Below are positions 1-8,996 of a stretch of 64,000 bases of DNA, piece by piece. The notes under the pieces are model-generated. The model did no database searches, was not told where the DNA came from, and worked only from the letters and a program-made list of their open reading frames with translations. How positions within the stretch are numbered: position 1 is the stretch's first letter; every line of letters starts with the position of its first letter. The translations under genes and the position numbers were made by a program. The stretch covers positions 224,001 through 288,000 of the forward strand of contig CAVYYZ010000002.1 in assembly GCA_963772835.1 (NCBI GenBank), in the 5' to 3' direction. This stretch comes from an uncultured delta proteobacterium (GTDB lineage: Bacteria; Desulfobacterota; Desulfuromonadia; Geobacterales; Pseudopelobacteraceae).

Positions 1-31
1 ACACCCTTTGCTGCCTGTTGCAGATTTGGCT

Positions 32-63
32 GTGGGGGCAACTACACGTTCGGTTGCTCCCAC
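32..63 (-). terminator. Stem-loop downstream of the small secreted protein gene
   Basis: GTGGGGGCAAC-N10-GTTGCTCCCAC inverted repeat just past the stop at 74; no clear U-tract. Confidence 0.45.
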
Positions 64-73
64 TATTGCCAGA

Positions 74-376
74 TTATTTCCCGCCTTTTTCAAGATCGAT
101 CAAGTTCTTTTTGGCATCTTCAAGTCGGTGCTTGAGCGTTTGCAACTGATCACGTGTGTAGGCATCTTTTTTGTTATCAACAGCGTTTTGAAGTTTCTGG
201 ATCTTCTCCTGAATAGTGTCAGCTTCCCGACCACATTCTTTGAGAAGGGTTTCGCATTCTCGTGCGTTTTGAGCGCTCTGTTCCTGATTGTGCATAACAG
301 CGTGGTCCATGGCAAATGCGGGGACTGCCGCTGCAAAGAGTGATGTTGCCATGAGAATTACCATTGTCTTTTTCAT
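74..376 (-). CDS. Small secreted helical protein, Cys/His/Met-containing (paralog 2)
   Basis: Signal peptide MKKTMVILMATSLFAAAVPAFA, MDHAVMH N-terminus, CETLLKEC, coiled-coil-like tail; GGAGG RBS. Confidence 0.85.
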   Translation of the reverse strand: MKKTMVILMATSLFAAAVPAFAMDHAVMHNQEQSAQNARECETLLKECGREADTIQEKIQKLQNAVDNKKDAYTRDQLQTLKHRLEDAKKNLIDLEKGGK

Positions 377-801
377 TGTTCATTTCCTCCGTGTAGTGGT
401 TTGATATTATTTCAGCTACGGTGAGACAGGAGAGGCAGCTGTACTTACAACTGCCCCGTGGCATCAAAACTATCTGCTTTCGAGACTTTCAAGGGTGTCT
501 TTTGCGTCTTTAAGTTGCTGCTTAAGCTTGGTGAGCTGATCACGTGTATACGCACTGTTCTTGTTCTGGGTGGCTGATTGCAATTTCTGAATCTTCTGCT
601 GAATTGAGTCCACCTCCTGGCCGCAGTTTCTGAGAAGTTGATCACAATCCTTCACACACTGAGCATCCATCTGCTGCTGACCCTGCATACTGCCATGATC
701 CATATCCATTGCCATGACCGGCACTGCCGCTGCGAAAAGAGATGTTGCCATCAGAATTACCATTGTCTTTTTCATTGTTCATTTCCTCCGTGTAGTGGTT
801 T
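354..801. repeat. 49-bp identical direct repeat (354-402 and 753-801) covering leader, RBS and start of both paralogs
   Basis: AGAATTACCATTGTCTTTTTCATTGTTCATTTCCTCCGTGTAGTGGTTT occurs twice. Confidence 0.9.
470..775 (-). CDS. Small secreted helical protein, Cys/His/Met-containing (paralog 1)
   Basis: Near-identical signal peptide, MDMDHGSM, CVKDCDQLLRNC; aligns along its length with 74..376. Confidence 0.85.
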   Translation of the reverse strand: MKKTMVILMATSLFAAAVPVMAMDMDHGSMQGQQQMDAQCVKDCDQLLRNCGQEVDSIQQKIQKLQSATQNKNSAYTRDQLTKLKQQLKDAKDTLESLESR

Positions 802-824
802 TAACTGCTGTATGCTTTATACTG

Positions 825-840
825 AGCATACGTCGTGCCA
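825..840 (-). promoter_or_regulatory. sigma54 (-24/-12) promoter for the small secreted protein pair
   Basis: Minus strand TGGCACG-ACGT-ATGCT versus consensus TGGCACG-N4-TTGCW. Confidence 0.8.
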
Positions 841-846
841 ACTCAG

Positions 847-859
847 TAACCTGCTGATA
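847..859 (-). promoter_or_regulatory. IHF binding site
   Basis: Minus strand TATCAG-CAGG-TTA fits WATCAR-N4-TTR, between the promoter and the candidate enhancer. Confidence 0.55.
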
Positions 860-905
860 TGTATGACTTAACACCAATTTACCATACCTTTGCACATATC
901 TTTCC

Positions 906-941
906 GCGGAGTATTCCACGATGGCATGTCGAATATTCATC
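906..941. promoter_or_regulatory. Tandem candidate enhancer (bEBP) sites
   Basis: GCGGAGTATTCCAC and TGTCGAATATTCATC; similar pair at 6114-6147. Confidence 0.55.
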
Positions 942-1124
942 TTATTCTGCCAGAGTGACTCGAATTCAGGATGAGATAGTGGCGTTTACGCACCAGACGT
1001 GGTTCTTGACGCGGCGTGAATCAGGAAAAAACCGCAATTGGCATGTGATTTTGTACTGGTAAAAAAAAGTGCTGTGATTCATAGGTAGACAGGAAGCCCA
1101 TCATACAGAAGAAATAACGGACAC

Positions 1125-1727
1125 ATGGATCAGATAGAAATGTTGAATCGGGCGCTTTTTATAAAAATAAATGGTTCACCGGACACCGCTCCGTGGGTTA
1201 TCGGGGTAGCAAAGGTGGTCGCCAATGACATTATTTACGCAATCCCGGTCTTGCTGGTCATTTATTGGCTTTGGGGAAGTTATGTAAAACGATCATTGGC
1301 ACTTAAAGCATGCCTCGTCGCCATGTTGGGCGTAGGCATTAACCAGATCATCGGCTTGGCGTGGCAGCATCCGCGCCCCTTTATGATCGGCTTAGGGCAC
1401 ACCTGGATGCCGCATGTAGCGGATTCTTCATTCCCCAGCGACCATATAACGGTATTTGCCGGTATCGGAATCAGCTTACTGTTTGGTGGCGAGATTTTTG
1501 CGGGGATTCTTACGTTGGTGATTGGGTTGTCTGTAGCATGGTCTCGAGTCTTTCTGGGAGTTCACTTCCCCCTCGATATGTTGGGTGCAATCGGCGTTGC
1601 ATGTCTTTCCTATGCTCTTATTTTACCAGTATGGCAGCGTAAGGGTAACACATTGACCATATTCATAGAAATGCTGTACCGAAGTGTCATGGCCAGGCCA
1701 ATTGCGAAAGGTCTCGTGAGACGCTGA
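1125..1727 (+). CDS. PAP2-family undecaprenyl-diphosphate phosphatase (BcrC/YbjG-like)
   Basis: Motifs HPRPF, SFPSDH, SRVFLGVHFPLD; several TM helices. Confidence 0.9.
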   Translation: MDQIEMLNRALFIKINGSPDTAPWVIGVAKVVANDIIYAIPVLLVIYWLWGSYVKRSLALKACLVAMLGVGINQIIGLAWQHPRPFMIGLGHTWMPHVADSSFPSDHITVFAGIGISLLFGGEIFAGILTLVIGLSVAWSRVFLGVHFPLDMLGAIGVACLSYALILPVWQRKGNTLTIFIEMLYRSVMARPIAKGLVRR

Positions 1728-1792
1728 AAGCGCGCCCTGCCGGGCCAGTGGCAAGCTATCGGAGATAACGCCTTGAGAATGACGGGGATGCG

Positions 1793-3169
1793 TCACCCCT
1801 TTTCAGGCGGCACAATTTCATATTTCTCCATGCGGTAGATAAGGGTATGCCTCGGAATTCTCAGGAAGCGAGAGGCTGCGGTCTGGTTCCAATGATTACG
1901 TTCCAGGGCCTGCACAACTACCTCGCGCTCCAGCTGTTCCAGGGAATACCCTTCGTCCGGCAGATTGATAACACTGCCGGAAGCGGTAGCGGAGGCGCTG
2001 TCAGCACAGCTGTTGCGGATCTTGTCAGGAAGCTCGTCACAGCCGATGACATCACTGTTTCGCATAATGAGCAGCCGTTCGACAGCGTTTTCCAACTCCC
2101 GAACGTTTCCCGGCCAGGGATACATGACCAGGGTTTCAAAGGCATCCTTGTCGAAGGAGACCTTGTCGCTGCCATGTTTAGCGCAGAAATATTTGATAAG
2201 AAGCGGAATATCCTTGCGGCGCTGGCGAAGTGGGGGCAGGTGAATCGGGATAACCGACAAGCGGTAATAAAGATCTTCCCGGAAGGTACCATCAGCTATC
2301 GCCTTGTCGATATCAAGGTTGGTAGCTGATACGACACGGACATCCAGTTTTTGGATCTTTGTGCCGCCGACCGGTTCAACCTCCTTTTCCTGCAGCGCTC
2401 TCAAAAGCTTCGGTTGGAGCTCTACCGGGAGCTCGCCGACTTCGTCCAGAAACAACGTCCCGCCTTCAGCAGCCTGGAATTTCCCGATTTTATCCTTGAC
2501 CGCACCGGTGAAGGCTCCCTTGAGGTGGCCAAAGAGTTCACTCTCCAGCAGGTCACGGGGAATGGCAGCACAGTTGATTGCTACGAACGGAGCATCCCGA
2601 CGTGAGCTGTTGGCATGTAAGGAGCGCGCAACCAGCTCTTTACCCGTTCCTGATTCACCGGTGATCAGAACAGCGGCCTCGGTGTCTGCAACTTTCCGGA
2701 TGACATCAAAGACTTTCTCCATTTCCTTGGACGACCCGACAATAGTGCGGAAATCGGCCTTATCCGACAATTCACTCTTCAGCCGTTTGTTTTCCTCTGT
2801 CAGCCCGCTGTACTGAAGCGCCTTTTTCACGGTCAGCCTGAGCTCATCCCGGTTGAACGGCTTGGTAATGTAGTCGTAAGCTCCGGCCTTCATGGCCTCC
2901 ACCGCGACATCGACAGTCCCGAATGCGGTGATTATAATAACAAGCGTCTCCGGAGAACGCTCCTTGATGGACCTCAGTACCATCAAACCGTCCATACCGG
3001 TCATTTTCATGTCGGTGATGATCAGATCAGGCAGGGATTGGCCGAACAGATATAATCCTTCTTCACCGGACGACGCGGCCTGAACTTCATATCCCTCTTC
3101 CTGAAGGTTGTATTCAAGCACACGCCGGAGCGAAGTGTCGTCGTCTATTACGAGAATTTTCGCTTTCAC
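1793..3169 (-). CDS. sigma54-dependent response regulator (NtrC family), copy A
   Basis: REC domain, GESGTGKE, GAFTGA, WPGNVRELEN, Fis-type HTH; GTG start overlaps the ABC ATPase stop. Confidence 0.95.
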   Translation of the reverse strand: MKAKILVIDDDTSLRRVLEYNLQEEGYEVQAASSGEEGLYLFGQSLPDLIITDMKMTGMDGLMVLRSIKERSPETLVIIITAFGTVDVAVEAMKAGAYDYITKPFNRDELRLTVKKALQYSGLTEENKRLKSELSDKADFRTIVGSSKEMEKVFDVIRKVADTEAAVLITGESGTGKELVARSLHANSSRRDAPFVAINCAAIPRDLLESELFGHLKGAFTGAVKDKIGKFQAAEGGTLFLDEVGELPVELQPKLLRALQEKEVEPVGGTKIQKLDVRVVSATNLDIDKAIADGTFREDLYYRLSVIPIHLPPLRQRRKDIPLLIKYFCAKHGSDKVSFDKDAFETLVMYPWPGNVRELENAVERLLIMRNSDVIGCDELPDKIRNSCADSASATASGSVINLPDEGYSLEQLEREVVVQALERNHWNQTAASRFLRIPRHTLIYRMEKYEIVPPEKG

Positions 3170-3831
3170 TGTACCATCCCGTCTTTAAGGGTGATAGTCC
3201 TGTCTGAATAGGCGCCGTTTTCCGGGTTATGCGTTACCATGACAACAGTCTGACCGGAATTGTTCAGTTCACGGAAAAGCGCCATGACCTCTTTGCTGGT
3301 CTTGGAATCGAGGTTTCCGGTCGGTTCATCCGCCAGCAGTATGTGCGGATTATTGACAATGGCACGGGCAATCGCCACCCGTTCCTGTTCACCGCCGGAA
3401 AGCTGATTCGGCAGGCGGTCAAGCTTGCCGCCGAGACCGACCCGTTCAAGGGCCTGTCTGGCGGCACTCTTTTTTGCCGGAGTACTCATCTTGACAATTG
3501 CCAGAGGCAGCATGACATTTTCGATGGCGGTCAGATAGGATATCAGATTGAAGGACTGAAAAACAAACCCCAGATTCTGTGCCCTGAAATCTGCACGTTT
3601 TTCACCGGAGAGCTGGTACAGCTTCACTCCTGCCATTTCGATCTCGCCGGATGTGGGATGGTTCATGCCGCCCAGCACAGACAGAAGAGTGCTTTTACCG
3701 GAACCGGACTGCCCCATGATGGTGATGAATTCACCGGCCTCAATGCTGACATCCACACCGCGCAGCGCATCGACAACGTCATCGCCGCTGGTGTATTGCT
3801 TAGTTATGTTTTTGATTTCGATGAGTGCCAT
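3166..3831 (-). CDS. ABC transporter ATP-binding protein (LolD/MacB type)
   Basis: [33 protein letters not shown]; start taken at MALIEIKN. Confidence 0.93.
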   Translation of the reverse strand: MALIEIKNITKQYTSGDDVVDALRGVDVSIEAGEFITIMGQSGSGKSTLLSVLGGMNHPTSGEIEMAGVKLYQLSGEKRADFRAQNLGFVFQSFNLISYLTAIENVMLPLAIVKMSTPAKKSAARQALERVGLGGKLDRLPNQLSGGEQERVAIARAIVNNPHILLADEPTGNLDSKTSKEVMALFRELNNSGQTVVMVTHNPENGAYSDRTITLKDGMVQ

Positions 3832-3842
3832 AATTTTCCTTT

Positions 3843-3920
3843 TGTAGGGGCGGCCCCGTGTGGCTGCCCGACTTGCTGATGGACACATTGATTGAGCAAC
3901 CACATGGGGTTGCCCCTACA
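3843..3920. repeat. GTAG-type REP pair in inverted orientation (REPIN-like)
   Basis: TGTAGGGGCGGCCCCGTGTGGCTGCCC and inverted GAGCAACCACATGGGGTTGCCCCTACA, 22/27 identical, each with an internal hairpin. Confidence 0.75.
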
Positions 3921-5076
3921 ATGCTCTCAGCGCTTCTGTAGGATCCATCTTGCTGGCGTGCAGTGCCGGGTAAAGACTGGCCAAAAGGCCCAGCGTTAAG
4001 GCCAACCCGACAGACCCAAAGGCTACCGTCGAATCCCAGATCAGATGGGCATTCTTGCTCTCTGCCATAAACGGCAGCGCCAGTTGTGCTCCTCCCATGC
4101 CGATTGCATATCCCAAAAATCCGGCCAGCACGCTGACCAGGGCTGCTTCCAGCAGAATGATCCGCATGATATGACTCTTCCTGAAACCGATAGCCCGGAA
4201 TATCCCGATTTCGACCGTCCTTTCGTTAACACTCCCCATCATGGTGACAAATACAATCAGTGAGCCAATAAAGACCACCACACCGGCCATGGCGTAGGAA
4301 AAGCGTTTGAATTGATCCAGTGCCTTGAGGCGTCCCTCAACCACCTGTTGAATGGCTGACACCTTGGCGTCCGGTAGTTTTTCGGCAATCTGGGTGACCA
4401 TATCTCCGATCGGGCATCCGGAGCAGAGCGCCGCCACCTCGGCCATGCTGATTTTCCCCTCCTTGCCCAATAGCTTCTGAGCTTTTTTCAGAGAGGCGAA
4501 CACCAATGCGTCATCCTGTGAACCGGTTTGATCGAGTACTCCAGCGACTTTGAAGTTTTCACCCTTGATGTTCAGGATATCTCCGGGAGAAGCGTCAAGC
4601 ACCTTGGAAGCATCGGAACCAAGCAGAAGGTCGTGTTCCGACTGTGGCTCCTGTCCAAAAATCTTCCACCACTGCTTCATCTTCAATTCGCTCTCAAAAT
4701 TTACACCAACCAGCAACACATCGTGACTGTTGACTTTGATACCGCCCAGCACCTTGGGACTGATAACCGAAATGTTCTTGTGATTAGTGATGGTCTTGAT
4801 CTTCGCCAGATCCTCCTCGCGGATTTCTCGCTGATCAAAGGTCACCCCTCCCAGACTGATGCCGCCGTAATTCATAGACAGTCCGTTGCTTTGAGGAGTA
4901 ACAAGGATATTCGCCCCGAACTCGTCCATCTTACGCTCGATATCACTGGACATGGAGCGGGTCAGGGTCACCAGGGTGACTATTGTGGCAATGCCGACCA
5001 TCAGGCCGATGGTCAGAAAGGCCATCTTGGCCTTGCGGCGCTTCAGATTGTTAATTGAAATGGTGTGCAGTTTCAT
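3916..5076 (-). CDS. ABC transporter permease (FtsX/MacB family) with periplasmic CxxC
   Basis: One N-terminal TM, large periplasmic domain with ALCSGCP, SVNERTVEIGIFRAIGF, three C-terminal TMs. Confidence 0.92.
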   Translation of the reverse strand: MKLHTISINNLKRRKAKMAFLTIGLMVGIATIVTLVTLTRSMSSDIERKMDEFGANILVTPQSNGLSMNYGGISLGGVTFDQREIREEDLAKIKTITNHKNISVISPKVLGGIKVNSHDVLLVGVNFESELKMKQWWKIFGQEPQSEHDLLLGSDASKVLDASPGDILNIKGENFKVAGVLDQTGSQDDALVFASLKKAQKLLGKEGKISMAEVAALCSGCPIGDMVTQIAEKLPDAKVSAIQQVVEGRLKALDQFKRFSYAMAGVVVFIGSLIVFVTMMGSVNERTVEIGIFRAIGFRKSHIMRIILLEAALVSVLAGFLGYAIGMGGAQLALPFMAESKNAHLIWDSTVAFGSVGLALTLGLLASLYPALHASKMDPTEALRAL

Positions 5077-5540
5077 CAGAAGTATCTCGCTCCACCCTTG
5101 AGGTCGTTTACTGAAATGGAAACGGTGGTGCCGTTCAATCGGTGCGGGAGATAACCGGGATTGCAACCGCCCGTGGCATTAGGTCCTAAACGGTTGATGG
5201 CGAACTTCTGGTTGCAGTTTTTGCAGTTCATCTTGTCACCCTGCTGTTCATACCCCTTTTTGGATTTAAAGCAGGAATCGCAGGCATCGAAGGCGGCATT
5301 TATTGTGCCATCTGTCGATTTGACGGCAAAAAAGGCAATCTCCTTGCCGCCATCTTCGAACTTGTAGAAGTGGGCCTTGCCGTCAGCAAGCGTCGCGACA
5401 GGTATCGTTGCAACATCGCCACTTATCTTGAGCTTTTCATACTTGCCAAACGAGAAGGCACATACACTCGCAACGCCGATCAAAAGTGCCACTGTAACGA
5501 TACCTGCCCATATTACCTGTTTCGTGCGCTTCGTTGTCAT
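5076..5540 (-). CDS. DUF2318-type Cys-rich (predicted Fe-S/metal-binding) exported protein
   Basis: AFDACDSC, CKNC, GGCNP motifs; N-terminal TM/signal; start MTTKRTK with GGAG RBS. Confidence 0.8.
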   Translation of the reverse strand: MTTKRTKQVIWAGIVTVALLIGVASVCAFSFGKYEKLKISGDVATIPVATLADGKAHFYKFEDGGKEIAFFAVKSTDGTINAAFDACDSCFKSKKGYEQQGDKMNCKNCNQKFAINRLGPNATGGCNPGYLPHRLNGTTVSISVNDLKGGARYF

Positions 5541-5556
5541 AAGAGTCTCCTTTAGT

Positions 5557-5982
5557 TTAACCATTTTTGTTGGATCCACAGCCGCCACCCTTACCGCCAC
5601 AACAGCCGGATTTCGAGGTGGATTTAGTGCCAATTTCCCTGCCGGTTATCTGCTTGAACTGTTCCGGTGTGAGTACCTGATGAACATTGCTGCTAAACCC
5701 GACGTTGCTGACCTTCTCGGCCAGAGTCACGGGTTTGACGGTCTTTGTGTCATAGCCTACGACCACCCAGCCACCCGCGACGTCCACCTCGGCAGCCGCT
5801 ACTCCGTTCACTTTTTGAAGTGCTGTGGTGATCTCGCGTGCACAGCTGCTACAGGTCATGCCTGTCGTTTTCAGAACCGCAACAGCATCGGCCGTTGCCC
5901 CGACCCTGACATAGAACGCAAGAATGGACAGTAGCGTAACAGCAGCAACTAAAATCACCGCATTGAATATCTTGTTTTTCAT
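5557..5982 (-). CDS. Heavy-metal-associated (HMA) domain protein with Cys-rich tail
   Basis: GMTCSSC motif after an N-terminal TM; tail SGCCGGKGGGC; start MKNKIFN. Confidence 0.88.
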   Translation of the reverse strand: MKNKIFNAVILVAAVTLLSILAFYVRVGATADAVAVLKTTGMTCSSCAREITTALQKVNGVAAAEVDVAGGWVVVGYDTKTVKPVTLAEKVSNVGFSSNVHQVLTPEQFKQITGREIGTKSTSKSGCCGGKGGGCGSNKNG

Positions 5983-6021
5983 CTCTTGCTCCCCTGAACC
6001 CATGTCGAATAATTCATTCTT

Positions 6022-6037
6022 ATCAAGGAACGTGCCA
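6022..6037 (-). promoter_or_regulatory. sigma54 promoter for the HMA-DUF2318-ABC-regulator operon
   Basis: Minus strand TGGCACG-TTCC-TTGAT (GA instead of GC at -12). Confidence 0.65.
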
Positions 6038-6106
6038 TGCCCGGTCAATTTCGTAACCACCTTATTTTGTTACGTGTAATTATTTTTACGCCCCGCCGTC
6101 TGAAAT

Positions 6107-6147
6107 CATTGGTGTGGGATATTCTACACCAATGGCGACTATTCAGC
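6107..6147. promoter_or_regulatory. Tandem candidate enhancer sites within an inverted repeat
   Basis: CATTGGTGT-N10-ACACCAATG enclosing GTGGGATATTCTAC, then TGGCGACTATTCAGC. Confidence 0.55.
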
Positions 6148-6507
6148 AGACACTCGTGTAGCTGGTGAATTCATTGAAAGCCGTCTCGACATACAGGTAC
6201 ATCATCGTCATTTCACAACTTGGCATAAAATAAACAGATGAAATAATCGGGTAAATAAGGGGATATTTTATTACCTGGAGGGATGGAGGCGGCACGTAGA
6301 TGCGACCAGTCACCGCCGGAACCCGGGCGGGTGTTTAACGGAATGATTCAGGTAGAACAATTAAACGCAAAGCACCTGACACTGATGCTGTTGATGAGGA
6401 GGGTGACGGAAGACACATATTCCCGTGGCGCTTTCCAAAAGATTCCTTTTCCGACATCCTGTGCCAGGTCTGTCAAACGGTCGTATAGTTCGTAATAAAC
6501 TGGCAAG

Positions 6508-7875
6508 TCAAGGAGACACAATCGTGTATTTCTCCATCCGGTAAATAAGTGTATGACGTGGAATGCTCAAGAATTTCGCCGCGGCGGACTGATTCCAGTG
6601 GTTGCGTTCAAGTGCCTCGACCACCACCTCCCGCTCCAGCTGTTCAAGCGAATAGCCTTCATCAGGGAGGTTGATCACTGTATCTGTCTTTGGCACGGCG
6701 TTTGGGATTTTACCGCCGGTCCGTATTTTTTCCGGAATATCATCGAAGGTAATGGTGTCGCCGACCCGCATGATCAGAAGTCGTTGTACCAGATTTTCCA
6801 GTTCACGGACGTTTCCCGGCCACCGGTAGGAATTGAGCGTCTTCATGGCACCACTGTCAAATTTGACGTTGTCTGCTCCATGTTTTCTACAAAAATAACG
6901 AAGCAGCAGTGCAATATCATCGCGCCGCTCACGTAACGGCGGCAGATGGATCGGAATGACCGCCAGGCGATAGTAAAGATCTTCGCGGAACGTGGCATCT
7001 TCCAGCGCATTCTCCATATCCAGATTGGTCGCTGCCACCACACGCACATCCAGTTTGATCGGGCTTGTCCCCCCTACCGGTTCAACCACCCTCTCCTGTA
7101 ATGCCCTGAGCAGCTTAGGCTGCAGCTCAAGCGGCAGTTCGCCAACTTCATCCAGAAAAAGTGTCCCGCCATCCGCTAGTTGAAATTTTCCTGTCTTGTC
7201 CTTAACCGCACCGGTGAAGGCGCCCCGGACATGGCCAAAAAGTTCACTTTCCAGCAATTCACGAGGGATTGCAGCACAATTGATGGCGATAAACGGTGCA
7301 TCGCGCCGGCCGCTATGGCGATGAATTGAGCGGGCGACCAACTCTTTGCCGGTACCTGATTCGCCGGTGATCAGCACCGATGCTTCTGTATCTGCCACCT
7401 TTCGAACGATCTCAAAGACCCGTTCCATTCCTTTTGATGATCCGACAATGGTACGATAATCAGACGTATCCGACAAATCCTCTTTCAGGCGTTTGTTCTC
7501 GGCGGCCACCCCTCCGAATTGAAGCGCCCTGCTAACGGTTAACCGCAATTCGTCACGATTAAATGGTTTGGAGATGTAGTCATACGCTCCTGCCTTCATC
7601 GCCTCGACGGCCACGTCAACCGTACCGAAGGCTGTAATCATGATCACCAGCGTATCTGGTGAACGTTTTTTGACCGCTTTCAGCACCTGCATGCCATCCA
7701 TACCGGGCATCTTCATGTCGGTTATCACCAGGGCCGGGTTCTCTTCGTCACAGAGCATCAACCCCGCTTCACCATCGGATGCAGACAGCACCAGATAACC
7801 CGCCTCCTGAAGATTGTATTCCATGACCCGGCGAAGAGATGCGTCATCATCTATAATCAGAATTTTCGGTGTCAC
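6508..7875 (-). CDS. sigma54-dependent response regulator (NtrC family), copy B
   Basis: Same domains and long identical blocks shared with 1793..3169; overlaps the kinase stop. Confidence 0.95.
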   Translation of the reverse strand: MTPKILIIDDDASLRRVMEYNLQEAGYLVLSASDGEAGLMLCDEENPALVITDMKMPGMDGMQVLKAVKKRSPDTLVIMITAFGTVDVAVEAMKAGAYDYISKPFNRDELRLTVSRALQFGGVAAENKRLKEDLSDTSDYRTIVGSSKGMERVFEIVRKVADTEASVLITGESGTGKELVARSIHRHSGRRDAPFIAINCAAIPRELLESELFGHVRGAFTGAVKDKTGKFQLADGGTLFLDEVGELPLELQPKLLRALQERVVEPVGGTSPIKLDVRVVAATNLDMENALEDATFREDLYYRLAVIPIHLPPLRERRDDIALLLRYFCRKHGADNVKFDSGAMKTLNSYRWPGNVRELENLVQRLLIMRVGDTITFDDIPEKIRTGGKIPNAVPKTDTVINLPDEGYSLEQLEREVVVEALERNHWNQSAAAKFLSIPRHTLIYRMEKYTIVSP

Positions 7876-8996
7876 GGATATCCTCCAGCCTGCAGTACAG
7901 GCATCCTGACAATTACTGTCGTCCCCTCTCCGATCACACTTTCTATCTGCAACGTACCGCCATGGCCTTCAATAATCTTCTTGGTAATGGCAAGTCCCAA
8001 ACCGGTACCGTCCGGTTTGGTGGTGTAGAAGGGTTCAAAAAGCCTCTCTAGTGATTCAACGTCAATCCCTTCTCCGCTGTCACAAAACCTGATCTCACAC
8101 ATACCTGGTACATCATTGGCATCACAAACCGCAGTCGATATGACCAGACTCCCGCCACCCGGTGTAGCCTGGAGTGAATTAATAGCAATATTGAGGAAGG
8201 CCTGGCGAAGTTTTTCACCGTTCCCCTTAACAATCACATCGGAAACCGGCGGTATTAAGGTGAGAGAGACCCTCCGTGCCCTGGCATCGCTCGTCACCAG
8301 CAGTATAACAGTTTCCAATTCTGGCTGAACGGGACAACGCACCATCTCCGTCGGCAATGGCCGTGCCATACGCAAAAAGTCCTCTACCACCCGATTGAGA
8401 CGTTCTGTCTCTCTGATCTGAATATCGATGAATTCATATTTAGGGTCACCCGGACGGTAATCGTCCCTGAGGATCTCAGCCGTACCACGGATCGAACCAA
8501 GCGGATTACGGATCTCATGGGCAAGGACCGCTGCCATTTCACCGAGAGTCGAAAGTTTTTCGGCACGACGCAAATTCTCTTCAATTGTTAAAATCTGTTC
8601 TGACTGAGATTGAAGTTTTTTATACGAGAGTTCAAGGCCATCGGCAGTCTTCTGCAACTGGGTGCTACGCTCCCGCTCCCGTTGGGACAATAGACCGGTT
8701 ACTCCGCCGACGATATTGTAGAGTACTATTTCAAGATATTTCTCAAGTTCAAGCGTCAGATGCCCACCCCACTGAAAGAGGATGTGCGGGGCATACACAA
8801 AGCTGACAACAAGGGAGCAGGCCAAACCGCCGCGGAGGCCAAACCATATTGCAGCAAGTATAATCGGGAGATAGTAAAGACGTTGGAAGATGTCATGCAG
8901 ATAATGCAGATGCAGTGGAGTCAGATAATGGAGAAGACTGATGGCAATAATAAAAAGTGACAGCAGGGAAATACGTATGGACGGGGAAGTTTTCAT
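7872..8996 (-). CDS. Membrane sensor histidine kinase with His-rich DUF4118-like input domain
   Basis: About four TMs with LHYLTPLHLHYLHD; H-box AHEIRNPL; G-boxes DSGEGI and GTGLGL. Confidence 0.93.
   Translation of the reverse strand: MKTSPSIRISLLSLFIIAISLLHYLTPLHLHYLHDIFQRLYYLPIILAAIWFGLRGGLACSLVVSFVYAPHILFQWGGHLTLELEKYLEIVLYNIVGGVTGLLSQRERERSTQLQKTADGLELSYKKLQSQSEQILTIEENLRRAEKLSTLGEMAAVLAHEIRNPLGSIRGTAEILRDDYRPGDPKYEFIDIQIRETERLNRVVEDFLRMARPLPTEMVRCPVQPELETVILLVTSDARARRVSLTLIPPVSDVIVKGNGEKLRQAFLNIAINSLQATPGGGSLVISTAVCDANDVPGMCEIRFCDSGEGIDVESLERLFEPFYTTKPDGTGLGLAITKKIIEGHGGTLQIESVIGEGTTVIVRMPVLQAGGYP

Noticed and set aside
1039..1055. Possible sigma54 promoter TGGCATGTGATTTTGTA for the PAP2 gene
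   Set aside because: The -12 element is off by one base and lacks GC; sigma54 spacing is strict
6270..6500. ORF 6283..6495 (+) and a minus-strand fragment ending GRIYVPPP that resembles metal-operon leader peptides
   Set aside because: No recognisable motif in the plus ORF; the minus fragment is cut by a stop and the similarity is too short to support
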